From: an uncultured Acidimicrobiales bacterium | Lineage (GTDB): Bacteria; Actinomycetota; Acidimicrobiia; Acidimicrobiales; SZUA-35 | Length of the DNA: 64,000 nucleotides | NCBI GenBank assembly: GCA_963715325.1 | Contig: CAVQRR010000013.1 | Coordinates: 113,642 to 177,641 of the forward strand | Direction: 5' to 3' | Shown: positions 20,301 through 29,754 of the stretch, one piece after another | How the letters are laid out: each line of letters starts with the position of its first letter | How positions within the stretch are numbered: the stretch's first letter is position 1 | The notes under the pieces: model-generated | What the model saw: the letters and a program-made list of their open reading frames with translations, nothing else | What the model was told of the DNA's origin: nothing | Database searches by the model: none | Translations under genes and position numbers: made by a program

Positions 20301-20536
20301 TACCGGGCCAGACCGAAGATGGCGCCGCTGGCGGTGGTCAGACCCCGACCGATGATGCCTGTCGTGCCGGTGTAGAGACCGAGACCGAGGATCACACCGA
20401 AAGCCAGGAGGGCCAGGGCCATGATGTCTCTACGGTCCTCTTGGGCGCGACGCTTTGCGGATTTCTTGCGTACCGGTTTCCGTCCGCCCGTAGCCCCTCG
20501 ACCGGAACCTGATGTGTTCCGAGTTGATGTTGCCAC
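17375..20536 (-). CDS. ftsK: DNA translocase FtsK
   Basis: N-terminal TM segments, GQTGSGKS, ILVDPKRVEL, DELADLMM, ATQRPS and gamma domain STSMLQRKLRVGFARAGRLMD, then a long Pro/Asp-rich tail. Confidence 0.96.
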   Translation of the reverse strand: MATSTRNTSGSGRGATGGRKPVRKKSAKRRAQEDRRDIMALALLAFGVILGLGLYTGTTGIIGRGLTTASGAIFGLARYLVPLCLLAGGWMVLRSKKRTRRKPAPLSDRAMNAAPWVAVFIAGFCILDLIGGRPHWQSPVEELSGAGGWTGVWLGGTIERYLGLVGEIAVTVVLMISAAILLTSMSLGTAADSLADRVGMLFATLRGARPGRLRLGRTAAAGGQQTGGKQNTRRPKGLASMFEDDPGDAPPTGDGPADDLYIDLRKPEAPAAGAEALVDGDPPADRLAVPPTGGWADGPAPEPVIEVPQTSVVEGMAVAAPQPPHGTWHLPTMDLLDRTEAQDVDRASVEKTGRQLEHALAEHGVETRLIGVVVGPTVSRFELELGPGVKVSRVTTLHKDIAYAMATPDVRILAPIPGKQAIGVEVPNVRRQMITVGDLLVSEEASQSVHPLEVTLGRDITGKTIMANLAAMPHLLVAGQTGSGKSSCINSMLTSILMRSTPDQVRLILVDPKRVELTQYERLPHLLTEVVTDPKKAANALAWAVREMERRYDLLSEVGVRDLNGYNKAVDEGRFDPRIGHDGESTEYQRLSYIVVVLDELADLMMVAARDVEESICRIAQKARAVGIHLIIATQRPSTNVITGLIKANVPARLAFAVSSLTDSRVILDQPGAERLVGRGDGLLNDGTTSSPTRFQGAWVTEEEVSAIVEHWIQQAPEVHYDSRVLGDDGAGDASDFIPGGSTGDEGDDDLLLQAMELIVRSQLGSTSMLQRKLRVGFARAGRLMDLLEERGVVGPSVGSKAREVLMSADDLDAGRWPGAAPPAASGARGGGLSGGVAAPRPSPSHGSQPALSSPALPTRQDPPPRAQPGSNQDGPDATATQPGPVDPKPKQRRKTLADIPNPEPVRIPERRPKPAPTIAGRVPGVDPTKLDPNLGPDPQLGIEKTRASERDPGTAATPDTGTGIEEPPVSVPNLRVVEDLDPDAFEPDPMPFDIDAEDDGGTGTDHLQGGGGIGDGDHLGDEDELDDDPDDEDFAGDFDPALAPPPGYRSPD

Positions 20537-20617
20537 AGTGTCGACCAGATTAGCGCCTAACCGCCGCCTTGGGAGGGAGCGGGCCGAAAACCCGCTCCAT
20601 CGGTGCATTCTCGGCCG

Positions 20618-22309
20618 TTACTCGTCGTTGTCCTCGCCCTCGTGGGCCCCGAGTACCACCGGGACCACCATCGGCCGAAGCCTTGTCCGCTTGTTGATGA
20701 AGCGCCCCAGGGTCCGACGGGCGGCCCGCTCGAAATCCTGCCTGTTGCGTTTGCCCGCGGCCAGCGCGTCCTCGACCGCCTCCCGCACCAGCAGCGTCGC
20801 CTCTTTCCGCAACTCGTCGCCCTCCGGGCCATCGACCCAGCCCCGGCTGATCACCTCGGGCTCGCGGATCATTTCGGCGTTCGGGCCGACGATCGACAAT
20901 GGGACCACCACCATGACGAAGCCGTCCTGGCCGAGGATGCGGCGCTCGAACAGCACGTTCTCGTCGAGGGCACCAACACTGCCGGCGATGTAGATGTAAT
21001 CGGCCGGGATGTCCTCACCCCGCTTGAGCCCGCTGTCGCTCAGCACCACCGAATCACCATCGGAGCAGATCAAGACCTTGTCTGCCGCCAGACCCATCCT
21101 GGTGGCGATCCTGGCGTGCTCGGCCATGTGGCGGTATTCGCCGTGGACGGGGATGAACCACTCCGGCTGCACGATGGAGTGCATGACCCGCAGCTCTTCG
21201 GCCTTGGCGTGGCCGGTGGCGTGGACCCTGGCCGTCGCCGAGTGCACCACCTCGGCCCCCCGGCGGACCAGGCCGTCGATGACCCTGGTGACCCCCATCT
21301 CGTTACCGGGGATCGGGTGTGACGACAGGATCACGCAGTCACCGTCGCGAATCGACAGCCATTTGCTGTCGCCACTCGCCATCCTGGCCAAGGCCGAAAG
21401 CGGCTCGCCCTGCGAACCGGTGGAGATCACACACAGCTCGGCATCCGGGATGTCCTCGACGTCTTCGATGTCTCGGAGCTTGGCGTCGGGGATTCGCAAC
21501 AGGCCCATCTGCCGGGCCAGCGCCACATTGTTGTTCATGGAGCGGCCGAGGGTGGCGATCGTCCGACCGGAGGCGATCGCCGCATCGGCGATCTGCTGAA
21601 CCCGGTGGATGTGGCTGGCGAAGCAGGCGATGATGATCCGCCGGCCGTCCCTGGCCCGGAACAGGTCCTGGATCGACTGTCCGATCGACGTTTCCGAGGC
21701 CGAGAAACCGGCCTCTTCGGCGTTCGTCGAGTCACACAGGAAGAGCCGGACGCCGTCCTCCTTTGCCAGATGGCCGAGGCCGGCCAGGTCGGTCAACCGG
21801 GAGTCGACCGGGGTCATGTCGAGCTTGAAGTCACCGCTGTGGAGCAGCACGCCTTGCGGGGTGTGGAAGGCGGTTGCGAAGCCGTGGGGCACCGAGTGGG
21901 TGACGGGGAAGAACTCCATGTCGAACGGTCCGACCTGGATGCGGTCGTTGTCGCTCACCTCGATGAACGACGCCTGGTCCGTGACCCCTCGCTCCCCGAT
22001 CCGGTTCTTGGCCAGCCCGATGGTCAGCGCTGAACCGATGATCTTCAGCGGCACTTCCTCCAGCAGGTAGCTGAGGGCGCCGATGTGGTCCTCGTGGCCG
22101 TGGGTCGCCACCACCCCTTCGATCCGATGGGCGTTCTCCCGCAGGTAGGTGAAGTCTGGCAGGACGAGATCGACACCGGCGGTGTCCGAATCGGGGAACA
22201 TCAGGCCGCAGTCGATCAGCATGATCCGACCGTCGACCTCGACCGCGGCGCAGTTGCGGCCGATTTCGCCAAGACCACCGAGAAACGAGACCCGTACCGG
22301 GGAGGCCAT
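20618..22309 (-). CDS. rnj: Ribonuclease J
   Basis: LGGLGEIGRN, THGHEDHIG, SGDFK, HATGH and PVHGE. Confidence 0.97.
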   Translation of the reverse strand: MASPVRVSFLGGLGEIGRNCAAVEVDGRIMLIDCGLMFPDSDTAGVDLVLPDFTYLRENAHRIEGVVATHGHEDHIGALSYLLEEVPLKIIGSALTIGLAKNRIGERGVTDQASFIEVSDNDRIQVGPFDMEFFPVTHSVPHGFATAFHTPQGVLLHSGDFKLDMTPVDSRLTDLAGLGHLAKEDGVRLFLCDSTNAEEAGFSASETSIGQSIQDLFRARDGRRIIIACFASHIHRVQQIADAAIASGRTIATLGRSMNNNVALARQMGLLRIPDAKLRDIEDVEDIPDAELCVISTGSQGEPLSALARMASGDSKWLSIRDGDCVILSSHPIPGNEMGVTRVIDGLVRRGAEVVHSATARVHATGHAKAEELRVMHSIVQPEWFIPVHGEYRHMAEHARIATRMGLAADKVLICSDGDSVVLSDSGLKRGEDIPADYIYIAGSVGALDENVLFERRILGQDGFVMVVVPLSIVGPNAEMIREPEVISRGWVDGPEGDELRKEATLLVREAVEDALAAGKRNRQDFERAARRTLGRFINKRTRLRPMVVPVVLGAHEGEDNDE

Positions 22310-23199
22310 CAGGCTGCCACCAGTTCGAGGGCGGTCAGTACCGCCTTCGATCTGGTGTCCATGTCGGCCGGGGCCGGGCCCATCGGGAGCCGGCAGTCGC
22401 CGACGAGCACGCCGAGCATGTTCATCATCGACTTGGTCGGCACCGGGCTGGGGGCGTCGTCGTAGCCGAAGTGGGCGAACGCCGGCAGCATCCGCTGGTT
22501 CAGCTTCATCGCCTCTACGACTCGACCATCGTTGTATGCGGCGATCATGTCGGCCATGACCCGGCCGACGTAGTGGGTCACCACGCCGATCACACCGACC
22601 GCCCCGACGGAGAGGAACGGCAGGGTCAGGCTGTCGTCGCCCGAGTAGACCTCAAACCCCTCGGGTAGCTTGGCGATCAGGTTGGCGGTTTCGGCCGGGT
22701 CGCCGGCGGCGTCCTTCAGGGCCACGATGTTGTCGACCTGGGACAGTTCGACGATGGTCGCGGTCTCGATCTTGCGGCCGGTTCGCCCCGGGACGTCGTA
22801 GAGCATGATCGGCAGCTCGGTGGCCGCCGCAGAGGCCCGGAAGTGCTCGAGCAGCCCTGCCTGGGACGGGCGGTTGTAGTAGGGAGTGACGCTGAGAATC
22901 CCGTCGGCGCCGGCCTCGGTCGCCATCTCGGTGTTCTTGACCGAGGTCCGGGTGTCGTTGCTGCCGGCCCCGGCCACCAGTGACGCGTCGGGAGCGGCCT
23001 CCCGGACGGCCATGATGAGGTCCCGCTGCTCCTGGTAACTGATCGTCGGGGATTCGCCGGTGGTGCCGGCAACCACGATGCCGTCGTTGCCGTTTGCCAC
23101 CAGGTACTTGGCAAGCTTCTGGGCCCTTTCGAGGTCGAGGTTTCCGTTCTCGTCGAACGGGGTGACCATGGCGGTGAGCACCGTACCAAATCTTGCCAT
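22309..23199 (-). CDS. dapA: 4-hydroxy-tetrahydrodipicolinate synthase
   Basis: TAMVTPF, GTTGESPT, LYDVPGRTG and ALKDA; dapA-rnj synteny. Confidence 0.96.
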   Translation of the reverse strand: MARFGTVLTAMVTPFDENGNLDLERAQKLAKYLVANGNDGIVVAGTTGESPTISYQEQRDLIMAVREAAPDASLVAGAGSNDTRTSVKNTEMATEAGADGILSVTPYYNRPSQAGLLEHFRASAAATELPIMLYDVPGRTGRKIETATIVELSQVDNIVALKDAAGDPAETANLIAKLPEGFEVYSGDDSLTLPFLSVGAVGVIGVVTHYVGRVMADMIAAYNDGRVVEAMKLNQRMLPAFAHFGYDDAPSPVPTKSMMNMLGVLVGDCRLPMGPAPADMDTRSKAVLTALELVAA

Positions 23200-23213
23200 C
23201 TGTCTTCTCTTTT

Positions 23214-23840
23214 CTAGGCTCTCTCGGACGCCCGGTCGATTCCGAGCGTGACCAGCAGGTCCTCGTGGAGTTCGAACCACACCGTGTGGTAGGAGTCGAT
23301 CGTCGGCTTGGTGAACCAGTCGATCTCACCGGCGACGACTCCGGCCAGTGCCGTCGAGAATCGTCGGCCGTAGTGGTCGAAGCGATCGATCCAGCCGCCA
23401 AGCTCAGCACAGATCGGCTGCACGGCGCGATCGATGTCGATCAGTTGGGCCACGATCCCTGCATCGTATGCCGGGTCATCGTGGGTGTTCAGGGTGCCTT
23501 TGGCGCCGTCGATGACCTGCCAATCGGTGCAGATCTGCAGCAGCCGACCGTTGAGGGCCAGAAAGCGGCGATAGGCGGACTGGACGTCGGCTCGGCGCTC
23601 GGCCTCATCGAGTTGCACTGCGAGCAGTCGCTCTTGCTCCTTGCGACCCTCGTCGGTGAGCGACCATCCGGAACGGCCCCCGGTGCGGTGTTTCACGAAA
23701 CCATCGGCAACCGCCAGTTCCAGCAGGCTCTCGACGTCGCCGATGTCGGCCTCGACCAGCTCGGCCAGAAACGGCGTATCGACGAGACCTTTCAGCCGGA
23801 GACCGTGGAGGACCCGAAGGTCCAGGGGTGACGACACCAT
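23214..23840 (-). CDS. Winged-helix (MarR-like) putative transcriptional regulator
   Basis: N-terminal wHTH (LRLKG...WSLTDEG) and conserved C-terminal CTDWQ / DSYHTVWFELHEDLL seen in actinobacterial proteins. Confidence 0.7.
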   Translation of the reverse strand: MVSSPLDLRVLHGLRLKGLVDTPFLAELVEADIGDVESLLELAVADGFVKHRTGGRSGWSLTDEGRKEQERLLAVQLDEAERRADVQSAYRRFLALNGRLLQICTDWQVIDGAKGTLNTHDDPAYDAGIVAQLIDIDRAVQPICAELGGWIDRFDHYGRRFSTALAGVVAGEIDWFTKPTIDSYHTVWFELHEDLLVTLGIDRASERA

Positions 23841-23862
23841 AGGTGAGACGAGCCTAGCAGGC

Positions 23863-24005
23863 GGTTCGACTCAAGCTTCTGCGGCAGAATCGACCCTGGG
23901 GGCACCTCCGTCGAGCGGGCGACGTTCGCCAGGAACCCCAAGGGTTCCCGGGAACTCGAAGGCACCCGAAGGGGGCCCGAGATGCTGCTCCCTAGCATCG
24001 GCTCA
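23863..24005 (-). repeat. Interspersed repeat, copy A
   Basis: Aligns with 54077-54218 and 60318-60508 (tgcggc.gaat.g.ccc.ggggcac...gacgttcg.ca.gaaccc.aagg...gaactc...gaga..ctgctcc...). Confidence 0.88.
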
Positions 24006-24920
24006 AGCTTCTGCGGCCCTTCGGACCGAGGAGGGCGGGGATCGATCGGGGTCGGAGCCGGCCGATGCATCGACCGGGCGATCGGGGTCGGAGCCGGCCG
24101 ATGCATCGACCGGGCGATCGGCCCGAGCGTCGGCCATCAGCCCGACTCCCGGCTGCGGCTCGACTGCCGGCTCGGATGGCGGATGGGCGGTGGGCTCGTT
24201 GCCGCCGGCCTGACGCCGCAGCAGCGCCAGGTAGAACAGCACGCCCATGGTGGCGAAGGTGAACCACTGGATGGCGTAGCCGCGGTGCGGGCCCTCATCC
24301 AGCGGTGGCAACGGCACCGGGTCGGGGAACGTGACAAGACCGGTGCCGTCGCCGGGGGCGAGCTGAAGCCACACCGGTGGCAGCGGCGCCCCCAGTCTGG
24401 CCGCGACCTGCTCGGTGTCGAGGCGAGGGAGCCGAAGGCCCTGGCCGATGTCTGTGGCCCCGATCGAGCCCCTTGTGACCGATGCCCGCAGCCAACCGGA
24501 GACCTCGACAGCCTGCTCGGGAACCGGTTCGAGCTCCACCGCTGCGTTGCTCGGCACGAATCCACGATTGACCGCCAGCAATGATCCGTCCGCCAACTCG
24601 ACGATGGCCACCACGTACTCCCCGGCCGTACCCCCCTGCGAACGGTTGACCACTCGGACGAAGTCGTCTTCGAGATAGCGCACCGTCGCCGTCGCCGCCT
24701 GGTAGTCGAGCGACGACCCGTCCGGCCCGCCATCGGGGGCACCGACCAATTCGATCTGCTGGTCGATCCGGTCCTCGATGAGGCGGTTGGACTCCCGACG
24801 GGTGTCGAGTCGATCCAGTTGCCAGAATCCGAAGGCGACGAAGGAGCCGACAACGGCGACAGCGAAGAAGTGGGAGAAGATCCAGAACGGTCGTCGGGCG
24901 AAGCGCCAATCACCGGTCAT
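24003..24920 (-). CDS. SURF1 family protein
   Basis: GFWQLDR, VNRGFVP and HRGYAIQWF motifs; C-terminal 12-aa duplication. Confidence 0.9.
   Translation of the reverse strand: MTGDWRFARRPFWIFSHFFAVAVVGSFVAFGFWQLDRLDTRRESNRLIEDRIDQQIELVGAPDGGPDGSSLDYQAATATVRYLEDDFVRVVNRSQGGTAGEYVVAIVELADGSLLAVNRGFVPSNAAVELEPVPEQAVEVSGWLRASVTRGSIGATDIGQGLRLPRLDTEQVAARLGAPLPPVWLQLAPGDGTGLVTFPDPVPLPPLDEGPHRGYAIQWFTFATMGVLFYLALLRRQAGGNEPTAHPPSEPAVEPQPGVGLMADARADRPVDASAGSDPDRPVDASAGSDPDRSPPSSVRRAAEA
24043..24121. repeat. 36-bp tandem duplication in the SURF1 3' end
   Basis: CGATCGGGGTCGGAGCCGGCCGATGCATCGACCGGG at 24043 and 24079, encoding PVDASAGSDPDR twice. Confidence 0.9.
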
Positions 24921-25051
24921 CCCATGAACGGTAGCGCGACCGGGGACCGGCCCTTCGATCGGGGTCGACGGCCCGGGTCCGGTGATCGAGAAATCGGACT
25001 TTCTGGCGGCCGGCCATCGCTTGTGGCCTGAAGCCTGCCAGAATCGCAGAG

Positions 25052-25862
25052 GTGAGATTGGAACGGGGCAGACCACCGCGGCAGGCCGTCGTCCGCCTGA
25101 CAATCGGTCTGGTCATCGTTTCACAGGCACTGGCTCTGGCGGGCGATCTGGCGCTGGCCGAATTCGTCGACAAGCATCCGGCCTGGCTCATCGCCCTCAA
25201 CCCTCGAAACCGGAACCTGGCCCTGGCCACGAACCAGTTGGAGGCCGACCACCTATTACGTCATCGGTTTCGTCAGGCTCGTCGTCTCGGACCCGCTCTA
25301 CTACCTGCTCGGCTTCTGGTACGGCGACCGGGCTCTGAAGTGGGTGGAGCGAAAGAGCAAGACCTACGGTCCGTTCGTGCGGGACGGCGAGAGCTTCTTC
25401 CGCAAGGCGTCCTACCCGCTGATCTTCGCCGCTCCGAACAACGTCATCTGTGCCCTCTCGGCCGCCACCGGCGTCCGGCTGCGGACGTTCATCGCCTTGA
25501 ACCTCAGCGGCACGGTCGCCCGCCTGATCCTGATCCGTCAGCTCGGCGAGGTCTTCGAGTCACCGCTGCAGGGCATCGTCGACTTCATTGCCCGCTACCG
25601 CACGCCGGTCCTGATCATCTCGGCCATCGCCGTCGTCTGGACGCTCTTCAGCGAGTTCCGAGGCGAGAACTCGGAGCTGCGAACCCTGACCGATCTGGCC
25701 AACGAGGACGGCGACGAGGACGGCTCTGCGCCGAACGACAACGGCTCGTCGTCTGCAGACGCCGACGCCGGCCCGACCGAAACGGGGGGCGACGAGTCCG
25801 GCCGAGGTGCCGAGGTGGCCAGACAGCGGCCCGTCGAGCAGGATCCGGACCAGCCGTTGTAG
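25052..25862 (+). CDS. DedA/VTT-like membrane protein, split by a +1 frameshift near 25245-25250
   Basis: Frame 1 gives HPAWLIALNPRNRNLALA. The next frame continues TYYVIGFVRLVVSDPLYYLLGFWYGDRALKW into ORF 25344..25862. Confidence 0.7.
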
Positions 25863-25903
25863 CCCTGTCTGGCTCGGCCGACCCTCTGGATTCGGCGGTC
25901 CCT

Positions 25904-26692
25904 TCAGTCGAGAATCTTGTCGAGTCCGACGATGAGGCCCTCCAGGCTCGAAATCCGGCGGACCGCCATGACCACCCCCGGCATGAACGACGACCGGTCG
26001 ATCGAGTCGTGGCGGATGCTCAAGGTCTGGCCCGTTGTTCCGAGGATCACCTCTTGGTGGGCGGTCATGCCCCGCATGCGCACCGAGTGGATCGGGATGC
26101 CGGCCGGACCCTTCGCCCCCCTGGCACCGACGATCGTTTCCGAGGTCGTTGGATCGTCCCCCCATTCCGATCTGGCGGTGGCCATCCGCTCGGCCGTCGA
26201 CACCGCGGTGCCGCTCGGGGAATCGACCTTGCTGTCGTGGTGCAGCTCGATGATCTCCGCGGTGTCGAAATAGGGCGCAGCCATCTCGGCGAAACGGATC
26301 ATCAGGACCGCACCGATGGCGAAGTTCGGGGCGATCAGGCAGGCCGAACGGGTGAACAGCTCGCCGATCTCGGCGTAGTCGGACTCGTTGAATCCGGAGG
26401 TCCCGATCACCGCATGGATGCCGTTGGCCGCACAGACCTGGAGGTTGGATCGTGCCGCATCGAGGTGGGTGAAGTCCACCATGACCTCGACGCCGTTCTC
26501 GACGATGGTCTCGGCCCGCGATGACACCGGGAAGTGACCTCCGGCGACGCCGGTGACCTCGCCGACGTCGATCCCCTCGTACGACGGGTCGATGGCCGCA
26601 ACCAACTCCAGATCGGGCTCGGCGGCGATGGCGTGCGCCACCGCTGTCCCCATGCGCCCACCGACGCCGAACACTCCAACCCGCGTTGCCAC
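25904..26692 (-). CDS. dapB: 4-hydroxy-tetrahydrodipicolinate reductase
   Basis: GVGGRMG, IGTSG, APNFAIG, ELHHDSKVDSPSGTA and SFMPGV. Confidence 0.97.
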   Translation of the reverse strand: MATRVGVFGVGGRMGTAVAHAIAAEPDLELVAAIDPSYEGIDVGEVTGVAGGHFPVSSRAETIVENGVEVMVDFTHLDAARSNLQVCAANGIHAVIGTSGFNESDYAEIGELFTRSACLIAPNFAIGAVLMIRFAEMAAPYFDTAEIIELHHDSKVDSPSGTAVSTAERMATARSEWGDDPTTSETIVGARGAKGPAGIPIHSVRMRGMTAHQEVILGTTGQTLSIRHDSIDRSSFMPGVVMAVRRISSLEGLIVGLDKILD

Positions 26693-26751
26693 CAGACTTC
26701 CCCCTTCTCGCTTCAAGATGAGCACAACCCGTTCGGGCTGCTCCCGGATAC

Positions 26752-26785
26752 GCAGCGGGGAGACCCGGATGGATCTCCCCGCTGC
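26752..26785 (-). terminator. 12-bp GC hairpin downstream of pnp
   Basis: GCAGCGGGGAGA...TCTCCCCGCTGC inverted repeat, no U-tract. Confidence 0.5.
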
Positions 26786-26811
26786 CTACCGTCTTCGGAT
26801 TTCAATCGGTC

Positions 26812-29304
26812 CTAGTCCCGGCCGCGACCACGGCCCCGGCCTCGTCCTCGACCACCACCGCCGCCACGGGGGCGGCCACCACGATCGTCGTCTGGTACGA
26901 CCGGAGCACCTTCGGGGCCCAGATCGCCGAAACCCTCGACCTCGAAGCTGTCCTCGAAGGACATGGCGACCGAGTCATCGGTTCGAGGCTCCCGGGTCGC
27001 AGTGGCGGTACCACCCCGCCCTGAGTCCCGGTCCCGGTCCCGACCTCGACCGCGGCCGGAATCCCGGCCCCGACCCGAGTCGCGATCACGACCTCCACCA
27101 CCGTTGCCGTTGGTGTAGTCGTTCTCGTCGCCGGCGATCTTCAGTGACACCTTGCCGTTGGGGTCGATGTCTTCGACCTCGACCTCGATCTCCTGACCGA
27201 GCTCCAGCACGTCCTCCACCCGATCGATTCGCTTGCCCTGCCCGATCTTGGAGATGTGGAGCAGGCCGTCACGGCCGGGAAGGATGTTGACGAACGCACC
27301 GAACTTGGTGATGTTCACCACCCGGCCGGGGTAGGTCTCACCGACATCGGCGGTCGGCGGATCGAGGATGAGCCGAATCTGGCGCTCTGCCTCGTCGACG
27401 ACCTCCTTGTCGGTGGCGGCGATGGACACGATCCCGACCACGCCGTCGTCGTCGACAGAGATGTCGGCCCCGGTCTCGGACTGGATGGCGTTGATGACCT
27501 TGCCCTTGGGCCCGATGACCTCACCGATCTTGTCGACGGGGATCTCGAAGCTGATGATCTTCGGCGCGCCCTCGCGGACATCATCACGGGGACGGTCGAT
27601 GGCGCCGGCCATGACCTCGAGGATCTCGAGCCTGGCGTCCTTGGCCTGGTTGAGGGCGTCGGCCAGGACGTCGGCGGGGATCCCGTCGATCTTGGTGTCC
27701 AACTGGAGCGCGGTCACGAACTCCGATGTGCCGGCGACCTTGAAGTCCATGTCGCCGAACGCGTCCTCGGCGCCCAGGATGTCGGTCAGCGTGGTGTACT
27801 TGCCCTCGGCGTAGACCAGGCCCATGGCGATACCGGCCACCGGAGCCTTGATCGGCACACCGGCGTCCATCAGCGAGAGGCTGGAACCGCACACCGAGGC
27901 CATTGAGGTCGAGCCGTTGGAGGACAGCACCTCCGAGACCAGACGGAGGGTGTATGGCCATTCCTCCATGGTGGGGATGACCGGGACGAGGGCCCGTTCG
28001 GCCAGCAGACCGTGGCCGATCTCCCGGCGCTTCGGTCCGCGCATGAAGCCGGTCTCACCGGTGGAGAAGGGCGGGAAGTTGTAGTGGTGCATGTAGCGCT
28101 TGCGATCGGTCGGGTCGATCCCGTCGATCATCTGGTCCATACGCTTCATGCCAAGGGTGGTGATGTTCAAGACCTGGGTCTCGCCCCGCTGGAACAGACC
28201 GGAGCCGTGAACCCGGGGCAGGACGCCCACCTCGGCCGACAGCGGCCGCAGATCGGCGTTGCCGCGACCGTCGATCCTGATCCCGTCCTCGACGATACGA
28301 CGACGAACCACGTTCTTGGAGAGCGACCGGAAGGCGGCCTTCAGCTGCTTGTTGGCCAGCGCCTCGTCGTCGGCCGCGAACTGGGCCAGGAGTCCGGAAA
28401 TGGTCTCATCGCGCAGCGCGTCCTCCGCCTCGCCCCGCTCGGTCTTGTCCGAGATGCTCATGACCTCGGCCATGCGGCTCTCGGCCGCAGCGGCCACCGC
28501 GGCGTACTGCTCATCGGTGTAGTCGGTCTGGACCGGGAAGTCCATGAACGGCCGGCGACCACCGGCCGCCTCCACCAGCTCGAGCTGCAGGGCGATGGCT
28601 TCCTTGATGTACTGCTTGCACTGCTCCAGCCCGTCGGCCAGGGCCGCTTCGTCGACCTTGGGGGCGCCGTTCTCGTAGTTGGTCCACGAGGTCTCGGTGC
28701 CACCGGCCTCGACCATCATCACCGCGACGTCGCCGTTCTCCAGCTCCCGACCGGCGACCACGATCTCGAACGACGACTCGTCGCCCTCCTGGTAGGTCGG
28801 GTGCGGCAGCCACTCACCGTCGGTGGAGTAGGCCAGGCGGACGGCGCCGATCGGGCCGTCGAAGGGGATGTCGGACACCATGAGCGCGGCCGAGGCGCCG
28901 TTGATGGCCAGAACGTCGTGAGGGTTGATCTGGTCCGCCGACAGGACCGTGACCACGACGTGGGTCTCGTTGCGGTAGCCCTCGGGGAACGAAGGCCGCA
29001 GCGGGCGGTCGATCAGGCGGCAGGTCAGGGTCGCGGTGTCGGCGGCCCGACCTTCACGGCGGAAGAACGAGCCGGGGATCTTGCCCGCGGCGTAGGAACG
29101 CTCCTCGACGTCCACCGTCAGCGGGAAGAAATCGATCCCGTCTCGAACGTGCTTGGCGCCGGTGGCGGCCACCAGCACGCTGGTGTCGCCCATGCGAGCG
29201 ACGACCGAGCCGTTTGCCAGCCCGGCCAATTTGCCGGTCTCAAGGTACAGCTCTGGTCCGTCACCACCGGTGACGGACCCGGTAACGGAAATTGCTTCCG
29301 TCAT
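26812..29304 (-). CDS. pnp: Polyribonucleotide nucleotidyltransferase (PNPase)
   Basis: FFPLTVD, GKIPGSFFRREGR, RREIGHG, SNGSTSMASVC and GDMDFKVAG, plus KH and S1 domains and an RG-rich tail. Confidence 0.99.
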   Translation of the reverse strand: MTEAISVTGSVTGGDGPELYLETGKLAGLANGSVVARMGDTSVLVAATGAKHVRDGIDFFPLTVDVEERSYAAGKIPGSFFRREGRAADTATLTCRLIDRPLRPSFPEGYRNETHVVVTVLSADQINPHDVLAINGASAALMVSDIPFDGPIGAVRLAYSTDGEWLPHPTYQEGDESSFEIVVAGRELENGDVAVMMVEAGGTETSWTNYENGAPKVDEAALADGLEQCKQYIKEAIALQLELVEAAGGRRPFMDFPVQTDYTDEQYAAVAAAAESRMAEVMSISDKTERGEAEDALRDETISGLLAQFAADDEALANKQLKAAFRSLSKNVVRRRIVEDGIRIDGRGNADLRPLSAEVGVLPRVHGSGLFQRGETQVLNITTLGMKRMDQMIDGIDPTDRKRYMHHYNFPPFSTGETGFMRGPKRREIGHGLLAERALVPVIPTMEEWPYTLRLVSEVLSSNGSTSMASVCGSSLSLMDAGVPIKAPVAGIAMGLVYAEGKYTTLTDILGAEDAFGDMDFKVAGTSEFVTALQLDTKIDGIPADVLADALNQAKDARLEILEVMAGAIDRPRDDVREGAPKIISFEIPVDKIGEVIGPKGKVINAIQSETGADISVDDDGVVGIVSIAATDKEVVDEAERQIRLILDPPTADVGETYPGRVVNITKFGAFVNILPGRDGLLHISKIGQGKRIDRVEDVLELGQEIEVEVEDIDPNGKVSLKIAGDENDYTNGNGGGGRDRDSGRGRDSGRGRGRDRDRDSGRGGTATATREPRTDDSVAMSFEDSFEVEGFGDLGPEGAPVVPDDDRGGRPRGGGGGRGRGRGRGRGRD

Positions 29305-29407
29305 AAGGGGTACTCCTCTGGTTTCTGTTGTCGTGGCCCCGGCGACGTTCGCCGGTGCCTGGGTGCCACAGCGAACTGTGTTCGCATCGTGGTATTCAGG
29401 CGAGGAC

Positions 29408-29487
29408 AGACTGTGTCTTCGCCTTCACTCGGGCGGAGACTGTGTCTTCGCCTTCACTCGGGCGGAGACTGTGTCTTCGCCTTCACT
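29408..29487. repeat. 29-bp tandem repeat (about 2.8 copies) in the pnp leader
   Basis: AGACTGTGTCTTCGCCTTCACTCGGGCGG at 29408, 29437 and 29466 (last partial). Confidence 0.93.
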
Positions 29488-29638
29488 TGACAGGCCAGAT
29501 CCCAGATTTCGACCACTCAAACACGGCGCTGTGCCCGGCGGCGGCGGCGCCGCCCTTGGCTTGACTCGGCTTGAGGAGCCGGAAACTGGTAGCTGACCTA
29601 CCTCTTTCGGTGCGGGTCGATTCCACACACCTCGTGAC

Positions 29639-29644
29639 ATACTA
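29639..29644 (-). promoter_or_regulatory. Putative -10 box (TAGTAT) of pnp
   Basis: TANNNT hexamer about 335 nt upstream of pnp. The same TAGTAT hexamer precedes rimP. Confidence 0.45.
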
Positions 29645-29754
29645 GCGGCGACCTGGCCGTTCCGGGCTCTGCCGATACATGATCGAGCGAGGCCGCCCAC
29701 AGCACCATCGGCTCGAACCACCGGCACTGAAGCATTGCCCCCGGCACCTGCCGA

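Noticed and set aside
17363-20512. 1049-aa plus-strand ORF and similar long ORFs (35016..37337, 38245..40470, 28012..29490)
   Set aside because: They are antisense shadows of ftsK, infB, nusA and pnp caused by high-GC codon bias and show no recognisable motifs.
23792-24106. Small protein family encoded by the interspersed repeat (similar peptides in ORFs 23792..24106, 53939..54160, 59539..60543)
   Set aside because: The peptide similarity follows from the DNA repeat; starts, lengths and RBS context are not shared.
29371-29385. Second LexA box (GAAC-TGT-GTTC) in the pnp leader
   Set aside because: The spacer is 3 nt rather than 4; better explained as a small RNA hairpin.
29408-29487. Mini-CRISPR (29-bp period)
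   Set aside because: The intervening sequence is identical between units, so it is a tandem duplication.
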